The translations under genes were made by a program, and so were the position numbers. A stretch of 64,000 nt of DNA. It comes from an uncultured Chloroflexia bacterium (GTDB taxonomy: Bacteria; Chloroflexota; Anaerolineae; JAAYZQ01). Location of the stretch: contig CAVOXA010000022.1 of the NCBI GenBank assembly GCA_963700285.1, positions 192,001 to 256,000 on the forward strand. The letters run 5' to 3'. How positions within the stretch are numbered: position 1 is the stretch's first letter; each line of letters starts with the position of its first letter. Shown here piece by piece: positions 20,731 to 31,388 of the stretch. Under the pieces are notes generated by a model that worked only from the letters and a program-made list of their open reading frames with translations, was not told where the DNA came from and did not search any database.

Positions 20731-23716
20731 TCAGGGTGCTTCCCTCTGCGCCAGGGGCAAGTAGAGCAGGTAGAAGGGCGTGTCCTTGTCGCGGAATTGG
20801 GCGGTGGCGGACTTGTCGGCGTCCATGGTGATGGTGGCCGGGTTGGCACTGCCCGTCGCATCGCCGCTCCACCCCACAAAGACATAGTCGGTTGCAGGCT
20901 GGGCCGTGAGTTGGACCTGGGTGCCGGCCGTATACTTGGTTCCCCCGCAGTTGGGTGCGGGAGCGGCGGCCACGGTGCCGCCCGCAGCCGGTTCGGCGGC
21001 GGTGGCCAGGCTGAAGCAGGTAGGCGGCTCTCCTTCGTACTCGATGTGCAGTTTGGGGGCCAGATCTGGATCCCCGTCATAGCTTACGGCCTCACGCTTT
21101 CCAGACCCGGTGATGATCAGGGCTAGGGCATTGCCCGCACTCCACCCGACACGATCCACTACCTCCTGGATGATGGGCGATAGGTCGGGGCTGCGGTAGG
21201 TGGCGTGGACCTGGGTCCAGCCCGGGACGCCCTGCCACTGGACTGCGGCGGACGTCATCGTCCGCGTGGAGATGTCGTGGTCGGCGCTGCCAAAGGTCGC
21301 CGCGTTATCAACCGCCTGGCCGTGGAAGGTGAGCTGGGTCGTCTTGCCATCGGTATCGGCGGCCGTGAACTCGACGTAGGCGCGCAGGACCTTTTCTCCC
21401 TGGGGGATGGTGATGCCCTGGAAGCGCAGTCCGGCGGTATGCGTGCCGGCGTCGCCGATAAGCTCCAGGGTAGGACTGTCCAGGTCGACGGAGCCGTCGT
21501 CGCTGCGCTCGATGGCGTCGTCGGATGATTGAGCTACCCGCGTATCAAGCGCGAGGGGAGGCGGGTCGCCAAGTCCGGCGAAGCGCAGCACAAAACCATC
21601 CTGGCGGTAGTTAAAGGTCGGATCGTATGCGCCTTCGGTGGTGGGGAAATTGGCGGATTCCGTCCAGCCGCTGACCAGGGCGTCGCCTTCGACGGTCAGC
21701 GCCACTCCGCTGGCATCGTCCTGGGCTTCGCCACCGATATAGGTGCTGTACAGGAGCGAGTCGCCGCTGGCATCCAGCTTGGCCAGGAAGGCGTCGCCTT
21801 CCCCGTTGGGCGTTCGAGTCGAAGGCATCGTCGCTGGTCGGAAAGTTGGTACCGCGGGTGGTACCGGCTACGATGGGATTGTCCGCCGCATCCAGGGCGA
21901 CGACCATGCCGGAATCGATGTCGCTGCCCCCCAGATAGGTGCCCCATTCCAGCGATTTGCCCTCATCTGTCAGCTTTAGGACAAAAACGTCGTCGTTCCC
22001 GTTGGGGGTGGGATCGTAGGCGCCTGCGGTAGTGGGGAAATTGGGCGAGCCGGTCGTGCCGGTGACGACCGGGTCGCCGCTGCCATCGAGGGCCACGCCG
22101 TTGCCATAGTCGTCGGACTTGCCACCCAGGTAGGTGCAATAGAGCAAGGATTCCCCGTTGCCCTCCAGCCTCAGGACAAAGGCGTCCTGCTTGCCCATGT
22201 GGACGGGGCCAAACGCGCCGTTGGTGGTGGGGAAATTCTCCGACGTGGTGTGGCCCGTGACGACGATGTCACCCCCGTCCGCCACGGCCAGCCGCCGGCC
22301 ATGATCCTCCCCGTTGCCGCCGGCGAAAGTGCTGAAGCGCAGTGACTTGCCATCGCTGGAGAGCTTTGTTACAAAAACGTCGCCCAGCCCGCTGTGGAAG
22401 CGATCAAAGGCATTGCTGGAGGTGGGAAAGTTGGTTGAACGGGTCACCCCGGCGATCACCGGCTCGCCCTGGTGCAGCCCAAGGGCGTAGGCAATGTCCT
22501 CGTCCGCGCCGCCCACATAGGTGCTGTAGAGGAGCGAATCGCCGGCCGCGGCTAGTTTCAGTACAAAGGCATCATACTTGCCGCCGCCGAAGGTCTGGTC
22601 ATAGGCCCCAGTGGTGATGGGAAAGTCCGCCGAGTCGGTCGCGCCGGCGAGCACGACGTTGCCGGAGCCGTCGAGGGCGAGCCCATAGCCTACCTCGGTG
22701 GTCTCGCCTCCGATGTAGGTACTGAACAGCAGCGATCCACCGTCGGCCGCCAGCTTGAGCACATAGGCGTCCCAGTCGCCGATGCGGGCTTGTCCGTAGG
22801 CCCCGCTGGTGACCGGAAAATCGCTGGAGGTCGTGGATCCGGTAATGATAGCGTTCCCCTCGTCGTCGACGATCACATAGTGGGCCAGGTCCCGGTTGCT
22901 GCCCCCGAGGTAGGTGCTGTAGCTGAGGGTGGGGTCGAGGACCACCGGGCGCGAGAGGTCGTAGGTGCCCAGCCGATAGCCCAACCGGTTGCCGGCCAGC
23001 AGGTGGTAGGCCGCAGCCACGGGTTCGCGGTCGCCGTCCTCTGCTACCTGCCAGGCCAGGGGTGCCTCCTCCACCAGTTTGCCCCAGGCGGTCTGGATCT
23101 CCAGTTGGCCGGCGTCGTTCACCCGCAGGCCCTCGACGCCGTCGTAGGCCAGGGCAATCGCCTCCACCCTGGCGCCAGGACGCAGGATCAGGTCGTATTT
23201 GAGCTGCCCCCCGGCCCCGTAGTAGCGCAGGTCGGCGCTGGGGTAGAGGTCCTGGTAGAGGATGCTGCCATAGGTGGGCACGTTCCGCTGCCAGCGGGCC
23301 GGGTCGCTGCCCAAGAAATAGTTCGCCTTGCCCGGCAGCAGGTCCTGGCCTTGCACGCGGCCGGCGGCTGAGGCGCCCAGGAAGCGGATCGCGAGGGCCA
23401 GTTGCTCCAAACCCTGACCTTGTGGTGAGGCCGCCGCCTGTGCGCGGCTCAGCACGGCCCGCATGCCCTGGGCCGTGAACCAGAAGGTGGCGCCTCTGCC
23501 CCGGTCACCAGGCAGGCGCGTCACAAACTGAACCGCCTCGTCGAACTGGCCCCGGTTGGCCTCAAAAAAGATGGGGGTGTGCAGCGGGCCGGTAGTCCCT
23601 GCCGCCCTGGCGGCTGGTTCCTGAGCCACGGCTGGAACGGCGGCCAGGGGCACGACGCTGGCCAGCAGGGCCAGGATGATGATGATCTTGGACCAGGCGG
23701 TTCGGTTGTAGATCAT
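20731..23716 (-). CDS. Secreted SBBP beta-propeller repeat protein with an 'SSDDA' domain and InlB-B-like repeat; frameshift near 21810
   Basis: FEANRGQ N-domain, repeated YSTYLGG..D/TxSxDFP units; ORFs 21611-24001 and 20731-21828 join; ends LYLPLAQREAP. Confidence 0.88.
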
Positions 23717-23779
23717 GGACTCCTCCTTGTCTTCTGATTCTGGAGAGCCAGGAACCTGCCTCCGCGCTCCCCGGATACC

Positions 23780-23808
23780 AGTATACACCGAAACAGGCAG
23801 TCTGTCCA
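23780..23808 (-). promoter_or_regulatory. Promoter
   Basis: TGGACA-17-TATACT, followed by GG. Confidence 0.55.
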
Positions 23809-23948
23809 GGCGAATGAATGGACGTTGTGGGCCGATCGCAAGACAAGATCTGCTCGTGCTGGACCACAGTCCAGCACACCGTGGCGAAAAAAAGACCCTT
23901 GGGGTTTTCCGCAACCCCAAGGGTCTGGTCGGCGCCGCGTCGCTACAC

Positions 23949-26900
23949 TCAGGGACGGTTCCGGAAAGCCAGGGGCAAGTAGATCTGGCTCGAAGTGCCA
24001 AAGTGGGCGGTCAGCAGCTTGTCGCCGTCCATGGGCAGGGTCTCGGGGCTTGCGGTTCCCGTGACATCTCCGCTCCAGTGGTCAAACGCATAGCCCGCGC
24101 TTGGGCTGGCGGTGAGCGTGACCGTGATTCCGTCCGCGTACTCGCCACCGCCGCAGTTGGCAGGCGGATCCAGCAGCACCTGCCCGGCCCCAGGAGGATT
24201 CACGTTGGCGACCAGGCTGTGGCAGGTCGCCTGGATAAAGGTGGCAGTGACCGATTTGTCGCCGTCCATGGTGATGCCGACGGGGTTGACCGTTCCCGAG
24301 GCGTCCCCAGCCCAGCCAAGTAAGACGTGGTCCAGGGCCGGGGCGGCGGTCAGTTGGACGTCGGTGCCCGTGACATACTTGCCCCCGCCACAATTGGGCG
24401 CCGGCAGGACGGTCACGGTACCACTGCCGGGCGGGTTGGCCGTCGTGATGAGCCCGTAGCAGGTTTCTTGGCGAAAGTTGGCCGTGACTGATTTGGCCGC
24501 GTCCACGGTGACTGTTACCGGATTCTCGAGCCCCGTGACAGCGCCGCTCCAACTGGCAAAGACGTGGTCGGGCGCGGGCGTGGCGGTCAGCGTGACCTGG
24601 GTGTTCTCGGCGTACTTGGCCGCCCCGCAGTTGGGCGCTGGCGAAGCGCTCACGCTCCCACTGGCTGCGGGTTCGACCATGGTGGTCAGTGTGTAGCAGG
24701 TCGCCGTCTTGAAGCTGGCTGTGACCGTTTTGTCACCGTCCATGCTGATGGTGGTGGGACTGGCGTTGCCGCTGGCATCCCCGCTCCAACTGGCCAGGGT
24801 ATAGCCCTCGGCCGGGACCGCTGTCAGTTGGACTTGGGTGCCGGCGGTATACAGCCCGCCGCGGCAATTAGGCTCAGGTACGGCGGCCACCGATCCGGCG
24901 GCAGGCGGGCTGGCGCTGGCATCGAGATGGTAGCAGCGGTCGCCGTAGGCCACTCGCAGGCGGGGCGCCAGTGTCTCGTTGCCCTCGCTGGCGGCACCAT
25001 CGTAGGAGACCGCCGCGCGCGAGCCTGAACCAGTGATGATAAAGGCCAGTGGATTGCCCGAACTCCAGCCGTTGCGATCTACGATCTCTTGGACGACGGC
25101 CGAGAGATCGGGTGTCTGGTAGGTCTCACCGACCTCCTCCCAGGCTGGCACAGGACGCCAGTCGACAAAGGCCGTGGTCGTCGTCCGCGTTGAGATATCG
25201 TTGGCGGCGACGGCAAAGGTGGGGGCCGCATCGATGTCCTGGCCGTGGAAGGTGAGCGCGGCCGCCTTCCTTTCAGTTTCGTACGCGGTAAAGTCGATGG
25301 TGGCGTCGAGGATGGTAGAAGCCCGCGGAATGGTGATACCCTGGAAGCGCAGCCCGACGGTCTGGGCGCCGCCGCGGCGGACCAGCTTGAGGTCTAGGTT
25401 GTCGAGGTAAACCGTTCCGGTGTCGTCATTCTCCTCCGCATCGTCGGAGGATTGGGTCACGGCAACGTCGATGGTGCCCTTGGGCAGGCTGCCCAGCCCA
25501 TCCAGGCGCAGCACAAAGGCGTCCTGTGCGCCGTTGTAGACCGGGTCGTAGGCGCCGACGGTCGTTGGAAAGTTGGACGACTGGGTCCGGCCGGCGACAA
25601 TGGCGTCGCCCCCAGAGGACAGGGCCAGCCCCTGGGCTTCGTCCAGCATGCTGCCCCCGGCAAAGGTGGCATAGATCAGCGACTTGCCGTCTGCCGCCAG
25701 CTTGAACAGCACCGCGTCGGCCTCGCCATTGTGGGCCGGGTCGTAGGCGTCAGCGCTGGTAGGAAAGTTGGACGAGCGGCTGTAGCCGGCGACGACGGGA
25801 TTGCCGACAAAGTCCACGATTACGGCCCTGCCGGCGTCCGCGCTGGCGCCACCGACAAAGGTACTGAACTCAAGCACCGTGCCATCTTTATCGAGTTTGG
25901 TGACAAAGGCATCCTCACCCCCGTTGTGGGCTACGTCATAGGCGCCGGCGCTGGTGGCAAAGTCCGCGGAGGCGGTTTTGCCGGTCACGAAGGGGTTTTC
26001 GTGGCGATCCTGCGCCACTCCCTGGCCGCTGTCGTTGCCCGTGCCGCCCAGGTAGGTACTAAAGCGCAGCGAAGTGCCCTTGGAGGAGAGCCGCAAGACA
26101 AAGGCGTCCTGACCTCCGTTCAGGTTGCGGTCCGGAACGCCGCTGGTCGTGGGAAAGTCGGTGGAATAGGTATAGCCCGTGACCAGGACACTGCCTGCCT
26201 CGTCCACCGTCAGCGCCTGGCCTGCGTCCACGTCCGTGCCGCCGACCAGCGTGCTGTAGCGCAAGGAGGTGGCGTCGGCCTGCAGCCGGGTGACAAAGAC
26301 GTCTTGGGCGCCGCCGTGGTTCCGCTGGTAGGCGTCCCCGGATGTGGGAAAGTCCTTCGAACTGGTGACGCCCGTAACCACCGGCTGGTCCTCGGGAAAG
26401 TCCTGAGCAACCTCCACGGCGTAGGCGATATCCTCCTTGTCGCCGCCCAGGTAGGTGCTGAACAGCAGCGAGGCGCCGTCGGCCGATAGCGTCGTGACAA
26501 AGGCGTCGCTCGCGCCGCCGTTGTAGTTGATACTATCGGCGGTGGCTGTGGTCGGAAAGTTGGCAGACGCGGTAGAACCAGTGACCACGATGTTGCCCGA
26601 GCTGTTCAGGTCCAGCCCATAGCCTGTCTCATCGCCCGCGCCGCCCAGAAAGGTGCTGAACAGCAGCGAGCCGCCGTCCGCGGCCAGTTTGAGGACATAG
26701 ACGTCCTGGCCACCGCTGTGGGTCGGGCTGTAGACCCCCGTCGTGGTCGGGAAATTGACGGAACTTGTGGCGCCTGTGACCAGCGCGTTGCCCGCGCTGT
26801 CCAGGACGACGTCCTGGGCGCTGTCGGCGTTGCTGCCGCCCACAAAGGTGCTGTAGCGCAGCGTCGGATCAATGATCAGGGTGCGCGCAGGGTCATAGGC

Positions 26901-27614
26901 GCCGAGTCGAAAGCCCACCCGGGAACCCGGGCCCAGGACATAGCGCACGGCCACAGGAGCGCGCTCGCCGGCAGGCTCCTCTTGCCAGGCACGGGGCGTT
27001 TCCTCCACCAGCTTGCCCCAGGCGGTTTGGATCTCCAGTTGGCCCGCCGCGTTGACCCGCAGCCCGTCGGCGCCCGCGTAGGCCAGGGCGACGCGTTCCA
27101 CCTCCGCGCCGGGGCGCAGGACGAGGTCGTATTTGAGCCGTCCCTCCGCGCTGTGGTAGCGCAGGTCGGTCTGGGGATAGAGATCGTGATAGACGAGGCT
27201 GGCATAGGAGGGCACACCCTGTTGCCAGTGGCCGGGGTCATTGCCCAACAGGTAGTTGCTCCTGCCCGGCAGCAGGCTCTCTCCTTCCAGCCGGACTTCC
27301 GGCGAGGCGCCCAGAAAGCGTACCTTGAGGGCCAGTTGTTCGGGGCTGCCGGATCCCTGCCGGGAGAGGACCGCCGCCATCTCCTGGGCGGAGAAAAAAT
27401 AAGTGGCGCCGCCCGGGACGCGGGCGACAAACTGTGCCGGCGCGTCAACTTGGCCCTGGTTGGCCTCAAAGGCCACCGGGATCTGGATGGGCTGAGATCC
27501 GCCGGCGGCGATCTGCGGCTGGGCCGCTGCTGCGCCGGCCGGGACGGGGATGAGCGTGGCCAGCAGGACAAGGGTTGCCAGGAGGGTGAACCATGGAGCG
27601 CGACTGTGAGTCAT
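23949..27614 (-). CDS. Secreted SBBP beta-propeller repeat protein (paralog) with an 'SSDDA' domain and four InlB-B-like repeats
   Basis: Intact ORF, AAGGAG RBS before ATG 27614, FEANQGQ, STFLGG repeats; ends IYLPLAFRNRP. Confidence 0.9.
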   Translation of the reverse strand: MTHSRAPWFTLLATLVLLATLIPVPAGAAAAQPQIAAGGSQPIQIPVAFEANQGQVDAPAQFVARVPGGATYFFSAQEMAAVLSRQGSGSPEQLALKVRFLGASPEVRLEGESLLPGRSNYLLGNDPGHWQQGVPSYASLVYHDLYPQTDLRYHSAEGRLKYDLVLRPGAEVERVALAYAGADGLRVNAAGQLEIQTAWGKLVEETPRAWQEEPAGERAPVAVRYVLGPGSRVGFRLGAYDPARTLIIDPTLRYSTFVGGSNADSAQDVVLDSAGNALVTGATSSVNFPTTTGVYSPTHSGGQDVYVLKLAADGGSLLFSTFLGGAGDETGYGLDLNSSGNIVVTGSTASANFPTTATADSINYNGGASDAFVTTLSADGASLLFSTYLGGDKEDIAYAVEVAQDFPEDQPVVTGVTSSKDFPTSGDAYQRNHGGAQDVFVTRLQADATSLRYSTLVGGTDVDAGQALTVDEAGSVLVTGYTYSTDFPTTSGVPDRNLNGGQDAFVLRLSSKGTSLRFSTYLGGTGNDSGQGVAQDRHENPFVTGKTASADFATSAGAYDVAHNGGEDAFVTKLDKDGTVLEFSTFVGGASADAGRAVIVDFVGNPVVAGYSRSSNFPTSADAYDPAHNGEADAVLFKLAADGKSLIYATFAGGSMLDEAQGLALSSGGDAIVAGRTQSSNFPTTVGAYDPVYNGAQDAFVLRLDGLGSLPKGTIDVAVTQSSDDAEENDDTGTVYLDNLDLKLVRRGGAQTVGLRFQGITIPRASTILDATIDFTAYETERKAAALTFHGQDIDAAPTFAVAANDISTRTTTTAFVDWRPVPAWEEVGETYQTPDLSAVVQEIVDRNGWSSGNPLAFIITGSGSRAAVSYDGAASEGNETLAPRLRVAYGDRCYHLDASASPPAAGSVAAVPEPNCRGGLYTAGTQVQLTAVPAEGYTLASWSGDASGNASPTTISMDGDKTVTASFKTATCYTLTTMVEPAASGSVSASPAPNCGAAKYAENTQVTLTATPAPDHVFASWSGAVTGLENPVTVTVDAAKSVTANFRQETCYGLITTANPPGSGTVTVLPAPNCGGGKYVTGTDVQLTAAPALDHVLLGWAGDASGTVNPVGITMDGDKSVTATFIQATCHSLVANVNPPGAGQVLLDPPANCGGGEYADGITVTLTASPSAGYAFDHWSGDVTGTASPETLPMDGDKLLTAHFGTSSQIYLPLAFRNRP

Positions 27615-27787
27615 CGTCTTCTCCTTTTCTGCCTGGCGGTATGGCCAGGCGCATCCACAAATCTGCACAGAGAGGTGATGCGGGAGCGCAGCCCAGAGGC
27701 TGGTGGGAGATGTGGTGGAATGTGCATTCTGCTTGGGGTAGGAGCCGGCAGCCTTGCCGCCTCCGCAGTCGCTTTGCCTCAACGTCT

Positions 27788-27820
27788 CCAGTATACCATA
27801 GATCTGCCCCAGAGGCAAAG
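27788..27820 (-). promoter_or_regulatory. Promoter
   Basis: TTGCCT-17-TATACT with extended -10 TG; close copy at 31343-31375. Confidence 0.65.
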
Positions 27821-28000
27821 CTGCTCAAGACCTCAGGGGTTGCGGCCAGACTCCCGAGGTCTGAATGCAGCGCCGATCATCTATCGAGATCCTGGGGCTT
27901 CTCCGTTGGAGCCGTACCCTCGTCGGACCTGGCCGCCTCGATGAACCACCTTCAAACGATGGCGTGTTGGCCACTCGTCAGCGCCAGGCGGGTTTTGTTC

Positions 28001-28744
28001 CTAGGGCACACCCCAGACCAGGGGCAGATAGATGGCGCTGGTCTCAACGGGGACAAAATGGGCGACGAAGCTGCGATCCCGGTCCATGACCAGGGTAATG
28101 GGATTCGTGTTCCCCCTGACCTGCCCGCCCCAATGGCTGAAACGGTAGCCAAAGGCAGGGACAGCCTTGATCACGACCTGGGTGCCGGGCGCATGCCGGC
28201 CGGGGCTGGGGTCCTCCATGCAGGAAAAGGCCGGGTCTGCGCCCACCGAGCCGCCTTCGGGCGGGCTGGTATCCGTGTTCAGGGTGAAACATGGCACCGC
28301 GGTGGGATTCGTCGAGCCCGCCATGACCACCTGATGCAGATCGAGGTCGGCCTGCCACACAAAATCGGGAGTGGCCGTGGCCGCGTGGCCCGCCATGCGA
28401 AAGAGGACGGTCTCCCCAGCGCGCACGCCGGGAATCGTGGGCGTAACCGTCGCATCCTCACCATAGATGAACATCGTGCCAAAGTGGCCGGCGGTGGTCA
28501 CCTCAGTGCAGCCCACAACATCTCCGCGAAGGCTGATCGCCTCAATGACTGTGCCCACCGGTGCGTCCGTTCCGTCCAATAGGGCGCGGCCATAGGCCAG
28601 GCTGAAGGATGGGGTCCGAGCGACGGTAGGGCAGCCTGCGGCCCCCTGGGCTGGGGAGAACGCCCGGCTGCCCGGCCCGGTGGCACCAAGGAGGGCTGCC
28701 AGGCAGAGCAGGGTCGTGATGGTGAGTCGATGGGGTTTTTTCAA
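28001..28744 (-). CDS. Secreted protein with a beta-sandwich domain and one InlB-B-like repeat
   Basis: TTG start overlapping the upstream TGA, signal peptide; ends IYLPLVWGVP. Confidence 0.8.
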   Translation of the reverse strand: MKKPHRLTITTLLCLAALLGATGPGSRAFSPAQGAAGCPTVARTPSFSLAYGRALLDGTDAPVGTVIEAISLRGDVVGCTEVTTAGHFGTMFIYGEDATVTPTIPGVRAGETVLFRMAGHAATATPDFVWQADLDLHQVVMAGSTNPTAVPCFTLNTDTSPPEGGSVGADPAFSCMEDPSPGRHAPGTQVVIKAVPAFGYRFSHWGGQVRGNTNPITLVMDRDRSFVAHFVPVETSAIYLPLVWGVP

Positions 28745-30761
28745 GGTCCCCCCCGTATCAGAGGCAGGAATGCCGAATTGCCTCGCTGGAAATGGGCAAC
28801 CACCGACCGGTCCCGATCCATGACAAGCGTGATGGGATTGGCGCTGCCTGTGGCGTCCCCGCTCCAGTGCTCAAAGACGTAGCCCAGCCCCGGGTTGGCC
28901 GTGATCTGCACCTGGGTCCCGGCTGCGTACTTGCTGGGGTCGCCTCCGCAGTTGGGCGCGATGTCCGTCTGGACCGAGCCGCTGCCGGCCGGACTGACAC
29001 TGACACTCAGGGCGAAGCATTGCTGAAAGCTGGCCGTGACCGAGCGGTCCTGGTCCATGGTGACGGTGGTGGGGTTGCTGTTGCCGCTGGCATCTCCGGT
29101 CCACAAAGCAAAGCTGTAGCTCTGAGTGGCGTTGGCCGTGAGCTGGACCTGGGTCCCGGCGGCGTATTTGGACGGGTCGCCGCTGCAATTGGGCGCGACA
29201 TTGACCTCGACCGAGCCGCCGGCGGTAGGGCTGGCCATGCTGCTCAGGGTGTAGCACTGCCGGCTGAAATTGGCTGTGACCGAGCGGTCCTGGTCCATGG
29301 TGACGGTGGTGGGGTTGTTGCTGCCGCTGGCGCCGCCGCTCCACTGGTCAAAGGCGTAGCCCTGGTTGGGACTGGCCGTAAGCTGGACCTGCGTCCCGAC
29401 CACGTACTTGGACGGGTCGCCGCTGCAATTGGGCGCGACATTGACCTCGACCGAGCCGCCGGCGGTAGGGCTGGCGCCGATGCTCAGGGTATAGCACTGC
29501 TGGCTGAAATTGGCCGTGACCGAGCGGTCCTGGTCCATGGTGACGGTGGTGGGGTTGCTGTTGCCGCTGGCATCTGCCGGTCCACAAAGCAAAGCTGTAG
29601 CTCTGAGTTGGGGTTGGCCGTGAGCTGGACCTGGGTCCCGGCGGCGTATTTGGACGGGTCGCCGCTGCAATTGGGCGCGACATTGACCTCGACCGAGCCG
29701 CCCGCGGCGGGGCTGGCGCCGATGCTCAGGGTATAGCACTGCTGGCTGAAATTGGCCGTGACCGAGCGGTCCTGGTCCATGGTGACGGTGGTGGGGTTGC
29801 TGTTGCCGCTGGCATCTCCGGTCCACAAAGCAAAGCTGTAGCTCTGAGTGGGGTTGGCCGTGAGCTGGACCTGGGTCCCGGCGGCGTATTTGGACGGGTC
29901 GCCGCTGCAATTGGGCGCGACATTGACCTCGACCGAGCCGCCGGCGGCGGGGCTGGCGCCGATGCTCAGGGTATAGCACTGCTGGCTGAAATTGGCCGTG
30001 ACCGAGCGGTCCTGGTCCATGGTGACGGTGGTGGGGTTGTTGCCGCCGCTGGCGCCGCCGCTCCACTGGTCAAAGGCGTAGCCCTGGCTGGGATTGGCCG
30101 TGAGCTGGATCTGGGTCCCGGCCGCGTACTTGGTCAAGTCCCCGGTGCAGTTGGGCTCCGTACCGGCATCGACCGAGCCGCCCGCGGCGGGGCTGGCGCT
30201 GGTACTCAGGCTGTAGCATACCTCAGCGGGACCGGCCGACAGGGCTGCCTCGTGGTACTGCTGGTCGCTGGTCCAGACAAGCGCGGGCGACACGGCTGCC
30301 GCATCGCCGCCGAGGCGAAAGGCGACGGGCTCTCCCGGACGCATACCCGCGATGGGCGGCCGGGCCGTTGTGTCCTCGCCAAAGACAAACATGGCGCCAT
30401 AGTGTCCCGCGGTCGTCACTCTAATGCAGCCGGCTATGATCCCCCGGGGGCTGAGGGCCTGTACCACGGCGCCCTCTGGCGCATCCTGGCCGCCCACGCG
30501 GGCGATGCCGTAGGCAATCGTGAAATGAGGGGTGGGCGGCACCTGCGGGCAACCGGCGTCGGCCTTCTGGCTGCCGCCGTTCTCGTTGGCCGCGCCGCTG
30601 GCGCCAGATGGCGCGAGCAGGCAGATGCCCGTCCCGGCCACGATGATCAGGAGAACGATGGGGACCCAGCGCAGCGCCTGGGGTCTCCGGTACCCGCCCG
30701 ATATCCAGCCTGCGCCCAGCCGTCCCCCGCCTTGCCCCACTGTATTTCCCCTCCGAGTCAT
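28741..30761 (-). CDS. Secreted protein with about six tandem 80-aa InlB-B-like repeats; two single-base insertions near 29577 and 29609
   Basis: N-domain homologous to the 28001 gene; 240-bp repeats; ends AFLPLIRGGP. Confidence 0.8.
28790..30220 (-). repeat. Intragenic 240-bp near-identical tandem repeats
   Basis: cgagcggtcctggtccatgg at 29041, 29281, 29521, 29763 and 30003. Confidence 0.9.
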
Positions 30762-30773
30762 GGCTATGGCGAG

Positions 30774-31290
30774 TTGGCCGTGATCTGCACCTGGGTCCCG
30801 GCCGCGTACTTGGTCAAGTCCCCGGTGCAGTTGGGTTCCGTACCGGCATCGACCGAGCCGCCCGCGGCGGGGTTGGCGCTGGTACTCAGGCTGTAGCATA
30901 CCTCGGCGGGACTGGCCGACAGGGCCGCCTCGTGGTACTGCTGGTCGCTGGTCCAGACAAGTGCGGGCGACACGGCTGCCGCATCGCCGCTGAGGCGAAA
31001 GGCGACGGGCTCTCCCGGACGCATACCCGCGATGGGCGGCCGGGCCGTGGTGTCCTCGCCAAAGACAAACATGGCGCCATCGTGTCCCGCGGTCGTCACT
31101 CTAATGCAGTCGGCTATGATCCCCCGAGGCTGAGGTCCTGGCCCTACCTGAAATGTCGGCCCGCTCGTCGCCAAAGGCTGCCGCGTCGTCCACGGCCTGT
31201 CCGTGAAAGCTCAGGTCTGTGTCCCCGCTGTGGTCCTCGTCGGCGGCGAGCTCGATGGCCGCCCCGGTGATGCTAGCTCCCCTGGGGGAT
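30774..31290 (-). pseudogene. Chimeric remnant: duplicate of 30094-30456 joined to a fragment of the 'SSDDA' domain
   Basis: Near-identical direct repeat at an offset of 680 bp; IPQGASITGAAIELAA...FHGQAVDDAAAF...DISGR fragment without a start or signal peptide. Confidence 0.75.
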
Positions 31291-31342
31291 GAAAGTCTGC
31301 GAAGTGCAGTCAGACGAACTGGCAGAACGGAACTGCACCCCA

Positions 31343-31375
31343 CCAGTATACCATAGGCCTGCCCCTGTGGCAAAG
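31343..31375 (-). promoter_or_regulatory. Promoter copy upstream of the remnant
   Basis: TTGCCA-17-TATACT; ccagtataccatag..ctgcccc.g.ggcaaag is shared with 27788. Confidence 0.6.
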
Positions 31376-31388
31376 GGGGCAGGTCTGG

